A stretch of 26,271 nucleotides of DNA from a bacterium (GTDB taxonomy: Bacteria > Chlamydiota > Chlamydiia > Chlamydiales > SM23-39), in NCBI GenBank assembly GCA_021818045.1, contig JAKAFF010000001.1:1-26271 (forward strand), given 5' to 3'. This document shows positions 1 to 7,718 of this stretch, piece by piece. Positions within the stretch are counted from its first letter, which is position 1, and the number at the start of each line of letters is the position of its first letter. Made by a program: the position numbers and the translations under genes. The notes beneath the pieces were generated by a model. That model had not been told where the DNA came from. It saw nothing but the letters and a program-made list of their open reading frames with translations, and did not search any database.

Positions 1-1
1 G

Positions 2-712
2 GGCGAGCTCCATTTGGAGATTTTGAGAGACCGGATGTTTCGCGAGTTTGGGGTAGAGGCAAATGTCGGCAAGCCGGAAGTTTCTTACAAAGAGACCATC
101 ACGACACCGGGCTCCTCTGAAACCAAATACATCAAGCAATCAGGCGGTCGCGGTCAATATGCGCACGTCTGTCTTGAAATCGAGCCAAACGAAGCGGGCA
201 AAGGAAACGAAATCGTCAGCAAAATTGTGGGCGGCGTGATTCCTAAAGAGTACATCCCTGCTTGTATTAAAGGGATCGAAGAGGGGCTGCAGACAGGCGT
301 TCTTGCAGGCTACCCACTCATCGATATGAAGATCGCAATTACATTTGGATCTTACCACGATGTTGACTCGAACGAGATGGCGTTTAAGATTTGCGCCTCC
401 ATGGCTGTCAAAGATGCAGCTCGCAAGTCCAAGCCGGTTCTTCTCGAGCCCATCATGAAAGTCGTTGTCACCACTCCAGAGACCAACATTGGCGATGTGA
501 TCGGGGACCTCAATAGACGCCGCGGAAAAATCCTCGGTCAAGAGTCTATCAAAGGAACTGTCGAAGTCACCTCTGAAGTGCCTCTCAGCGAAATGTTTGG
601 CTATTCGACCCAGCTGCGCTCTATGACCTCTGGGCGAGCCACTTATACCATGGAACCGAGCCACTTTGAAAAGGTTCCGACTAAAATCCAAGAAGAAATC
701 TGTAAAAAGTAA
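2..712 (+). CDS. fusA: Elongation factor G, C-terminal part (5' truncated by window edge)
   Basis: Frame open from base 2 ([12 protein letters not shown]...); EF-G motifs [80 protein letters not shown]. Confidence 0.99.
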   Translation, partial: GELHLEILRDRMFREFGVEANVGKPEVSYKETITTPGSSETKYIKQSGGRGQYAHVCLEIEPNEAGKGNEIVSKIVGGVIPKEYIPACIKGIEEGLQTGVLAGYPLIDMKIAITFGSYHDVDSNEMAFKICASMAVKDAARKSKPVLLEPIMKVVVTTPETNIGDVIGDLNRRRGKILGQESIKGTVEVTSEVPLSEMFGYSTQLRSMTSGRATYTMEPSHFEKVPTKIQEEICKK

Positions 713-718
713 GAGATT

Positions 719-1039
719 ATGGCAAAAGCACCAAGAAAAAGAATCCGGATCCGCCTCAAAGCATTTGATCAGCGGACCCTCGACCGTTCCGTTCAGGATA
801 TCGTCGAAACAGCTAAAAGAACGGGCGCACGCGTTGTGGGCCCCATTCCATTACCTACTAAGCGCGAAATCTACACAGTTCTGCGCTCCCCACACGTCGA
901 TCGCAAATCGAGAGAACAATTCGAGATGAGAACCCACATTCGGGTATTAGATCTACTCGATCCCACTCTCGACACCATCGATAAATTGAAAGTATTGCCT
1001 GTTGCAGCGGGCGTAGACATCAAAATTAAAGCTGCCTAA
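719..1039 (+). CDS. rpsJ: 30S ribosomal protein S10
   Basis: [48 protein letters not shown]; 6 nt after the fusA stop. Confidence 0.99.
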   Translation: MAKAPRKRIRIRLKAFDQRTLDRSVQDIVETAKRTGARVVGPIPLPTKREIYTVLRSPHVDRKSREQFEMRTHIRVLDLLDPTLDTIDKLKVLPVAAGVDIKIKAA

Positions 1040-1047
1040 GTGTTCTA

Positions 1048-1088
1048 AAAGTAGAAGGGACTTCCACTGAGGACGTCCCTTCTGCTTT
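1048..1088. terminator. Probable bidirectional intrinsic terminator between convergent rpsJ and the Inc-like gene
   Basis: AAAGTAGAAGGGAC (1048-1061) pairs with GTCCCTTCTGCTTT (1075-1088): 14-bp stem with one G-U pair and A/T tracts at both ends. Confidence 0.75.
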
Positions 1089-1092
1089 CTAT

Positions 1093-1629
1093 CTAAGCTC
1101 GCGCTATTCGTGGTTCTTGCTGTTCTACACCTGCGATTCGGTGTCTCCAAAGAGAGAAGTCTTCAAACGTAATGAAGTTTTCTACCCAGAGTTCATTGGC
1201 TTCAACCCCTTGTACTCCCATATTTGCTAGAATTTGTTGGTTGCGATCGCCTCCGAAAGGTAAAGCGTGCATCACTGCTCGGCCAATTCTTTGGAACAGC
1301 CGCGCAACACCTCTATCTTCGTCTCGCGCTACCTCCAGGTTGACAGGAGCTTCCGCAGCATGGCGATCGATCTCTCTATCGGCAATATAACGCAATCCTA
1401 GCCCGATCGCACCCACAACAAACGCCTTTGTGAAAGCCAAAAATATGGCGGCCACAACAGCTGTTACTAACAATGCAGTAGAGATATTGAATGCAGAGAC
1501 CAAAACATTATATTTTGTAGCGGGAAGCATGCGCTCAATTCTATCTTCTCGAATTCCTTGAATAGAAGAGAGCCATTTACGTGTCGCCCAACCAAGGGCT
1601 GCATCTGTGGTTAAATGATGTGTAGCCAT
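1093..1629 (-). CDS. Hypothetical membrane protein with bilobed hydrophobic domain (Inc-like), 178 aa
   Basis: Start moved from 1737 to ATG 1629, which has a GGAG SD just upstream and avoids overlap with the lipoprotein gene. Residues 42-79 are hydrophobic, split by TK; no Sec signal peptide. Confidence 0.8.
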   Translation of the reverse strand: MATHHLTTDAALGWATRKWLSSIQGIREDRIERMLPATKYNVLVSAFNISTALLVTAVVAAIFLAFTKAFVVGAIGLGLRYIADREIDRHAAEAPVNLEVARDEDRGVARLFQRIGRAVMHALPFGGDRNQQILANMGVQGVEANELWVENFITFEDFSLWRHRIAGVEQQEPRIARA

Positions 1630-1661
1630 ACTAACTCCATGTTGTGATGAAAGGAGGCAGC

Positions 1662-1690
1662 ATTCTAAAGATTGCGCAAAATGTTGTCTA
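1662..1690 (-). promoter_or_regulatory. sigma66/sigma70-type promoter for the Inc-like gene
   Basis: Minus strand TAGACA (1690-1685) - 17 nt - TAGAAT (1667-1662). Confidence 0.6.
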
Positions 1691-2041
1691 GGACTCTTCT
1701 TCTCCGTTTTGCGTCGTCTGCATTTGGTAACTATCAAATCCGTTTAAGTAATAAGGAATCGGGCCTGTTTGTTGCACTCGCTTGGAGATGACTTGCCCAT
1801 TTTTGAGAAGCACAAAATAGTGTCGCTCTTCTGCATCGCGATCTCCGATTTTAATGCGCTCAATATATTCATATTCGACAACATCGCCCTCCTTCTTTTG
1901 TATGGAATAAGGCTGTCCCATGGATGACACGACCTCTGCGGAACTTGCACCTATCGGCAAATCTTGAAATGTGTTCATCGTGGCCACAGTGCCATTCAGC
2001 GAACAGGCAGCTAAAAGCAAAAAAGACGCCCATCGTTTCAT
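1688..2041 (-). CDS. Lipoprotein, SmpA/BamE-like fold
   Basis: Lipobox LAAC (Cys13); FQDLPIGASSAEVVSSMGQP...YEY resembles the SmpA/OmlA pattern; ATGA overlap with the upstream gene. Confidence 0.8.
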   Translation of the reverse strand: MKRWASFLLLAACSLNGTVATMNTFQDLPIGASSAEVVSSMGQPYSIQKKEGDVVEYEYIERIKIGDRDAEERHYFVLLKNGQVISKRVQQTGPIPYYLNGFDSYQMQTTQNGEEES

Positions 2042-2538
2042 TCATCGCCCCCTTCTGACTCATCTTGTTCTTGAGACCCTCCCGATTCGGGAGCCTCTGT
2101 AGAACGGGGCCAAATGCGCGCTTCAATCCGAGTACGAAACTGATCTTGAGTCACATATTCGCCTTTCATGAGATAGCTCCCATCTTCTTGCACACTATAT
2201 GTCTCATACCCTTCGAAATCCATATCGTTATTGCGAAATTCCCAAGCGATCATTTTGTCATCATAAACGCCCGTCCCAACAATTTTCCCCACATTTTGAT
2301 TTTCCATATCGACCGTGAAAGTCTTGGATTGGAAATCATAAAACGAGAGTTCGTTGCGCATATTTTCCGAAAGTCCCTGGATTTGGATCTCTTGCGCACA
2401 GCAGACTTTGCCCGCAAAGTCTTTATCTTGCACGGCCCAATGGGTATTGAAGATCAGCTCCTCTTCAACCATGTTCAAAAGGATCTTCCCTTCTCCACGC
2501 CAAGTGCCTGGTGAAAAAATAAATGAATGATTAAACAT
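2038..2538 (-). CDS. Hypothetical beta-rich protein, possibly calycin/nitrobindin-like barrel, with acidic tail (166 aa)
   Basis: ATG at 2538 overlaps the rodA stop (TGATG); N-terminal GTWRGEG; alternating beta-strand pattern; tail ESGGSQEQDESEGGDE. Confidence 0.82.
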   Translation of the reverse strand: MFNHSFIFSPGTWRGEGKILLNMVEEELIFNTHWAVQDKDFAGKVCCAQEIQIQGLSENMRNELSFYDFQSKTFTVDMENQNVGKIVGTGVYDDKMIAWEFRNNDMDFEGYETYSVQEDGSYLMKGEYVTQDQFRTRIEARIWPRSTEAPESGGSQEQDESEGGDE

Positions 2539-3665
2539 CAAAACATAAACCTTCTGCTATAAATGCTCTGGAGCAGGCCGAGAGCTGCCATGGTGGTCAA
2601 AAGGGAACTGCCTCCGTATGTTACACAGATCAGCGGCACCCCTGATATAGGCAAAAGGGCGCACATCATCCCCACATTGACCAGCACGTGCATGGCTATA
2701 TAGACCGCAAGGCCTGCTGCTAACAGCCGACCAAAGGGGTCCTTCGCCACTGCCGCCACCTGAAAGCTAAAATAGATTAAAGCATAAAAAAGGAACAGCA
2801 AGAATACAAGTCCCACAAAACCAAACTCTTCTCCGAATGCAGCAAAGACCGAATCGGTATGCGCTGCGGGAAGCCACCCACGTCCTGAAAACCCTCCTTT
2901 ATGCCATCCCGAGCCGGTCATCCCACCGATACCGATTGCGATTTGTGAGGCTTTTTGGTGATATGTGTTGGGATTGAGCCTTTCGTATTGGTACTCTTTC
3001 AGCACCTTTGTAAAAACAGGGCGCATCTGCTCGTGATCCAGCACGCCGACGAACATCAAAGTGACTGCACTCAAAGCGCACAGCCCCAAAATGCCCATGA
3101 AGCGCAAACAGCTTCTATGAACATCTGCAAAATACCCCATCACTAAAGCGATCGGATATAAAATCAAAGCGGTGCCAAGATCTGGCTGTTTTAAAATCAG
3201 CAAAAAAGGGATCCCCACAATAGCGCCCATTTGCAAGGCGCTCGTCAAGCTACTGCTTTGAGAGCCTCTTCTTTCTAAAAACCAACTCAGAAACAAGATT
3301 AAGACTAATTTTGCCTGTTCGGAGGGCTGAAAACTGGCCACTCCTGGGATGCGATACCATCGATGGACATTTTGAATAGGGCTTACGAAAAACAGACCCG
3401 CCAACAATAGGAGTACCGCTGCATAAAGAAATGGGCTCCAGCTACGCAACAAGCGATAATCAAGGGCCGAGCATGCCATAAACACACCCCACCCCAAAAC
3501 AAACCAACGCACCTGGCTTTTGACAGCCGGCGTCCAAAATACCGGCCCCTCCTCTCCCCACTCTCCCGTCATTGAAGAAATCACTAACAAACTAATGAGC
3601 ATCAATCCCAATAGAACCGGAATCATCCGGTAGTCGAGCCTAGAAAAAGACCACAATTGCCGCAT
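2538..3665 (-). CDS. rodA: Rod shape-determining protein RodA (SEDS family peptidoglycan glycosyltransferase)
   Basis: Multi-TM protein; FQPSEQAKL, QPDLGTA, LPAAHTDSVFAAFGEEFG, LPISGVPLICVTYGGSS. RodA rather than FtsW is inferred from the chlamydial rodA-birA neighbourhood. Confidence 0.93.
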   Translation of the reverse strand: MRQLWSFSRLDYRMIPVLLGLMLISLLVISSMTGEWGEEGPVFWTPAVKSQVRWFVLGWGVFMACSALDYRLLRSWSPFLYAAVLLLLAGLFFVSPIQNVHRWYRIPGVASFQPSEQAKLVLILFLSWFLERRGSQSSSLTSALQMGAIVGIPFLLILKQPDLGTALILYPIALVMGYFADVHRSCLRFMGILGLCALSAVTLMFVGVLDHEQMRPVFTKVLKEYQYERLNPNTYHQKASQIAIGIGGMTGSGWHKGGFSGRGWLPAAHTDSVFAAFGEEFGFVGLVFLLFLFYALIYFSFQVAAVAKDPFGRLLAAGLAVYIAMHVLVNVGMMCALLPISGVPLICVTYGGSSLLTTMAALGLLQSIYSRRFMF

Positions 3666-3671
3666 ATCTCG

Positions 3672-3701
3672 ATTCTATTCGCAAGTTTTGATAGAATACA
3701 A
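3672..3701. promoter_or_regulatory. Overlapping divergent promoters for rodA and birA
   Basis: Plus strand TG-A-TAGAAT (3689-3697); minus strand TTGTAT (3701-3696) - 18 nt - TAGAAT (3677-3672). Confidence 0.45.
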
Positions 3702-3708
3702 GGCCATC

Positions 3709-4434
3709 ATGCATGAAATTGAGCTCGATCGGATCGATTCCACAAACACATACGCGAAAATTCATGCCCCAAGCTTTCCGCCCAACACCATCACTTGCAT
3801 CACAGCAAACGAACAAACAGCGGGTAGAGGAAGATTTGGCAGACCCTGGCTCTCTCCAAAGGACCAAAATATTTATGCCACATTCTCCTTTTCCCTCCCC
3901 ACTTCCGGATCACTAGCCCAGCTCATGGCAGCAAGCCTGATTGCCGTATTGCGTACCCTTGGTCTGTCTCCCTTACTGAAATGGCCTAATGACGTGTTAT
4001 TAAACGGCAAGAAACTTGCCGGCCATTTATGTGAAACCTATACACAAAGCCAAATCACTCAAATTATTTTAGGTGTGGGCATCAACATCAATATGGACGC
4101 ACAAACAGCTGCCCAAATTGATCAACCAGTAACCTCTTTGTTTCTCGAAACAGGCATTCTTTGGGATCGCCGCAAGATTCTCAAAGACTTGCAACACCAA
4201 TTTGAGAAAGACCTCGATCAATTCGAACGCGAAGGTCTTCTTCCCTTTTGCGCTTTACTCAACGAAACCCTTGCCTACAAGGGTGAAAAAATCATTTTAC
4301 GCGAAAAAGATCAAACCATCACAGGCATTTGCCATTCGATCGCGCCAAATGGACAACTCAATCTCTTGCAAGATAACAACACCATCCACACCCTCTTTTC
4401 AGGAGATCTCTCCATCTGTAGGCGTCACAAATAA
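3709..4434 (+). CDS. birA: Biotin--[acetyl-CoA-carboxylase] ligase, group I (no HTH domain)
   Basis: DSTN, QTAGRGRFGRPWLSP, LKWPNDVLLNGKKLAG, LGVGININ; ATG 3709 preferred over TTG 3688. Confidence 0.96.
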   Translation: MHEIELDRIDSTNTYAKIHAPSFPPNTITCITANEQTAGRGRFGRPWLSPKDQNIYATFSFSLPTSGSLAQLMAASLIAVLRTLGLSPLLKWPNDVLLNGKKLAGHLCETYTQSQITQIILGVGININMDAQTAAQIDQPVTSLFLETGILWDRRKILKDLQHQFEKDLDQFEREGLLPFCALLNETLAYKGEKIILREKDQTITGICHSIAPNGQLNLLQDNNTIHTLFSGDLSICRRHK

Positions 4435-5145
4435 AGAGGGGTGCACTCGCGCGCGCAAAATCTTTTGAATCGCTGTTAAAGTAGAGCCCGTCGCGCTGAG
4501 ACAGCTCGTGCAAGCGCCCTCGTAAGCGATGAGCACTTCGCGCTCTTCTCTAAAATCCATCACCTTCACATTGCCCGCATCCAATTCGACATAAGGGCGA
4601 ATTTCCTTACCGATCACCTCTTCAATAATATGCAGCTTTTGTTCTTTGGAAAATGTCTCCCACCCGGGAATTCCTCCTGGAATCTCTCCAAAATCGTTTT
4701 CAATGGGCGTCATGTCATAGCTTGCTACACAAGGGATGTCCAAGCAGTGTTGTACTGCTTGATCGATCGCAGACAACACTTGATTTAAGTAAGGATCGCA
4801 CTCTTTAGGAAAGGCAGGAATCTCTTTGCGATCTCGCACGTGTTGATCTATGAGATCCGCCGTGACTCTAGAGGCCTGATCATATGTTTTACGCAATAAT
4901 AACTCGCTTGCCACCTCAGCTGCTGCAATCAGACCGATCGGCCCCCATGCTTGAAACTTCGCATCGGCGATCACCCCATCGCTTTCATCGACAAGCCAAT
5001 AAAGCGCTACATCCTTCTCGCGCCCCACGACAAGCCGCATCCCCTTTGCTTGTGCAAGATCGAAGGTGAAATACCCTGCAAATCCCAACCGATCGATTTT
5101 TTCGCGCAATTTTTTGCTCAACCGTTCCCAATAAAATCGTTGCAT
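4399..5145 (-). CDS. NifU-like protein: degenerate IscU-like N-domain plus C-terminal Nfu domain with CxxC
   Basis: DGVIADAKFQAWGPIGLIAAAE (IscU-like); IRPYVELDAGNV...YEGACTSC (NifU_C); ATG 5145 overlaps the nifS stop (TGATG). Confidence 0.9.
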   Translation of the reverse strand: MQRFYWERLSKKLREKIDRLGFAGYFTFDLAQAKGMRLVVGREKDVALYWLVDESDGVIADAKFQAWGPIGLIAAAEVASELLLRKTYDQASRVTADLIDQHVRDRKEIPAFPKECDPYLNQVLSAIDQAVQHCLDIPCVASYDMTPIENDFGEIPGGIPGWETFSKEQKLHIIEEVIGKEIRPYVELDAGNVKVMDFREEREVLIAYEGACTSCLSATGSTLTAIQKILRARVHPSLFVTPTDGEIS

Positions 5146-6251
5146 CACATCCCTTCCGAAACACGGCGAAGCATCTCTACCGCCTCGTTAATAAGGCTTG
5201 CTGCGCGCAACACCTCTTCTTCTGTTGTCATCCGGCTCAAAGAAAAGCTCACCGTACATTCATCTCCCGTAACACGCCCCAAATGGCCACAGTATCCCCC
5301 TCCTATGGTAGCCAGCACCCCTTTGCGGTTGAGCACATACAAAAGCGCTTCTTGGTGCACTTTCGCAAAACTGATGCAAGCTGTATTAGGAAGCCGCAGC
5401 ACATCTTGATATAGCGGCGTGCCTTGCACGCGACTTTCCAACAAATCGCGCAAGCGCGCCACTTCTAAATTCATGACATCTAAATACAAAAGCAACTGCT
5501 GCGCGGCGGCGCTCAATGCCATAAAAGAGGGAATATCAAATTGACCTCCGCGCAGTCCATTTTGTTCATTGCCTCCCACGATCAATGCAGTCAAAGGGCT
5601 TTTTTCTTTGGCAAAAAGGGCGCCCGATCCCTTTACAGAGTGCATGCGATCCCCCGAAAAGGTCAAATAATCGCCCAACCACCCATCAAAGGGCAGCTTA
5701 CCAATCGCATAGGTTGCCTCAAGATGCAAAAGCACGCCCCGCTTTTGTGCCAGATCTGCGATCTCTTCGTAGGGCTGAATCACCCCTGTCAAACCATGCG
5801 CCATCGTGATGGAAATCAACGCCGTCCGAGGATTGATCAACTCGGCCAATTTTTGCACATCGATCCTCCCTTGCGCGTCGACGGGAGCAATCTTCACTAT
5901 ACAACCTAGATCCTCTAAACGCTTTGCGCACTGCATCGTTGGCGCATCTTCTATTTGAGAAATAATAAAATGGCACTTGCCTTCTGTACGGGCCTTGTGC
6001 AAAAAAACAGACCAAAACACTTGGTTAATTGCCTCTGCGCCAGAAGAGGTAAAGACGAAGCGATCGCACTCTTCCTGTGCGCCGATGAGATCGTAGAGCA
6101 TCCGATAGCGCGCATCTAATGCAGCAATCAGCTCTTGGCCCATGCGATGAGGAGCAAAGCCTGCTCCCCAGTGCTCTTGTTGATAGGGGCCCATGCGCTC
6201 CAAAGCCGCTTGGCATGGGCGCGTTGCAGAGTGGCTATCGAGATAAATCAT
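5145..6251 (-). CDS. NifS/IscS-like class V aminotransferase-fold protein with degenerate active site
   Basis: IYLDSHSATRP, FTSSGAEAIN, LISITMAHGLTGVIQP, RLPNT, VSFSLSRMTTEEEV; ATG 6251 overlaps the gpmA stop (ATGA). Confidence 0.9.
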   Translation of the reverse strand: MIYLDSHSATRPCQAALERMGPYQQEHWGAGFAPHRMGQELIAALDARYRMLYDLIGAQEECDRFVFTSSGAEAINQVFWSVFLHKARTEGKCHFIISQIEDAPTMQCAKRLEDLGCIVKIAPVDAQGRIDVQKLAELINPRTALISITMAHGLTGVIQPYEEIADLAQKRGVLLHLEATYAIGKLPFDGWLGDYLTFSGDRMHSVKGSGALFAKEKSPLTALIVGGNEQNGLRGGQFDIPSFMALSAAAQQLLLYLDVMNLEVARLRDLLESRVQGTPLYQDVLRLPNTACISFAKVHQEALLYVLNRKGVLATIGGGYCGHLGRVTGDECTVSFSLSRMTTEEEVLRAASLINEAVEMLRRVSEGM

Positions 6252-6931
6252 CTCTCCCACCGTCCATTTTGCTGCGTATAGATCAGGGGCTCTCCCGTTG
6301 CAAGCTCTAACGCTACCACCTCTTTAGGACTGAGTTGATCTAGATGCATGATAATCGAGCGCAGTGAATTGCCATGCGCTGCGATCAACACAGACTCCCC
6401 CCTCTCCAAGCGCGGCAAAATCACTGTTTGAAAATAGGGAATCGTCCTTTGCGCCGTCATCTCTAAGCTTTCTCCTCCAGGCGGCCTGACATCGTAGCTG
6501 CGCCGCCATGTGTGCACTTGCTCTGTCCCATATTTTTTAGCCGTCTCCGCCTTATTGAGCCCCTGAAGCTCTCCGTACATCCTCTCATTGAGCTCCCATG
6601 CAATATGCACCGGAATCAACTCTTTTTGCGCCTCTTCGCTATACACCTGCTCCCACTCAAAAAGTCTCTTAACGCCTGGATGTAAAAAAACGGGAATTTT
6701 ACCGCTTTTATGATGCAAAAGAGCAAGCGTTGCCGTCATTTGCGCTCGATTGAGAGTCGACGTAAACACGACATCTACAGGCAAATCCGCGATCCGCTTT
6801 CCCGCCTCCATGACCTCTGCAATCCCATCCGCACTCATTGGGATATCGACCCATCCCGTAAACAAATTTTTTTTATTCCAAATCGACTGACCGTGCCTGA
6901 GTAAAATCAATTTTGGCAATTTCTGAGCCAT
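6248..6931 (-). CDS. gpmA: 2,3-bisphosphoglycerate-dependent phosphoglycerate mutase
   Basis: LILLRHGQSIWNKKNLFTGWVD, LNERMYGELQGLNK, WRRSYDVRPPGGESL, AAHGNSLR; GAGG SD upstream. Confidence 0.97.
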   Translation of the reverse strand: MAQKLPKLILLRHGQSIWNKKNLFTGWVDIPMSADGIAEVMEAGKRIADLPVDVVFTSTLNRAQMTATLALLHHKSGKIPVFLHPGVKRLFEWEQVYSEEAQKELIPVHIAWELNERMYGELQGLNKAETAKKYGTEQVHTWRRSYDVRPPGGESLEMTAQRTIPYFQTVILPRLERGESVLIAAHGNSLRSIIMHLDQLSPKEVVALELATGEPLIYTQQNGRWER

Positions 6932-6955
6932 AGGGCGTCCTCGTTTTTTAGCAGT

Positions 6956-6983
6956 TTAACAGAAACGTCGATTCCTTTATACT
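6956..6983 (+). promoter_or_regulatory. sigma66-type promoter for rluB
   Basis: TTAACA (6956-6961) - 16 nt - TATACT (6978-6983), ending 9 nt before the ATG. Confidence 0.5.
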
Positions 6984-6992
6984 CCACGCTCT

Positions 6993-7700
6993 ATGGAAAA
7001 GAAAAGACTTAGTAAAGCTCTCGCCGCGGCAGGAATTGCCTCTCGGCGCGCCTGTGAAGAGCTGATCTTTCAAGGGCGTGTGCAAGTCAACGGCACGACG
7101 ATCAAGCAACCTCAACACCACATCGACTGGCACATGGACCGCATTACCGTCGATGGGACAGCGATCAAAGCAGAGCAGAAAAAAATTTACTACATCCTCA
7201 ACAAGCCATCAGGGTATCTCTGCACGAATGTACGTCCTGGGAAAAGAGCCATCGTGCTCGACCTATTTCCCGACTCTCAAGAGCGGCTCTTTACCGTTGG
7301 CAGGCTCGATCGCGAAACGACGGGATTGCTCCTTGTGACTAATGACGGCCACTTTGCCAACCAAGTGATCCACCCCTCCTCCAACATCATCAAAGAATAC
7401 ATTGTCAAAACCACCTCTGAAATCACCCCAGAGCACCTCGAATGCCTCTCTCAAGGGGCCCGCGTCGATGAAAAATGGGTACGCCCCGTATCTGTGCACA
7501 AAGTGCGCCGCGGCACATTTCGCATCTGCGTGAAAGAGGGGAAAAAGCACGAAGTGCGCATCATTGCAGAGAGGGCCAAACTCAAAGTCATCGAATTGAC
7601 GCGCGTGCGCATTGGCGGTCTTGTTCTCGGTCCACTGCCTGTAGGAGAGTTTAGAAAATTGACAGAGGAAGAAAAGCAGCGCATTTTCCAGCATAACTAA
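6993..7700 (+). CDS. rluB: rRNA pseudouridine synthase, RsuA/RluB family
   Basis: N-terminal S4 domain (RLSKALAAAGIASRRACEELI); LNKPSGY; catalytic VGRLDRETTGLLLVTNDG; EGKKHEVR. The exact subfamily is inferred. Confidence 0.9.
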   Translation: MEKKRLSKALAAAGIASRRACEELIFQGRVQVNGTTIKQPQHHIDWHMDRITVDGTAIKAEQKKIYYILNKPSGYLCTNVRPGKRAIVLDLFPDSQERLFTVGRLDRETTGLLLVTNDGHFANQVIHPSSNIIKEYIVKTTSEITPEHLECLSQGARVDEKWVRPVSVHKVRRGTFRICVKEGKKHEVRIIAERAKLKVIELTRVRIGGLVLGPLPVGEFRKLTEEEKQRIFQHN

Positions 7701-7718
7701 GAAAAAATGCGAGCCCGG

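Noticed and set aside
140-691. 183-aa antisense ORF over fusA; likewise 2065-2514, 4951-5409, 14687-15097, 19905-20285, 20368-20931, 24752-25213
   Set aside because: Antisense shadows of well-supported genes, with no recognisable motifs.
2-1039. fusA followed directly by rpsJ, with no tuf between and no rplC after
   Set aside because: Unusual compared with E. coli but the known chlamydial arrangement; useful for taxonomy, not novel.
1630-1737. N-terminal extension of the Inc-like ORF to 1737
   Set aside because: Overlaps the lipoprotein gene and the promoter; ATG 1629 has a good SD.
3709-4434. BirA lacking the DNA-binding HTH
   Set aside because: Group I biotin ligases are common.
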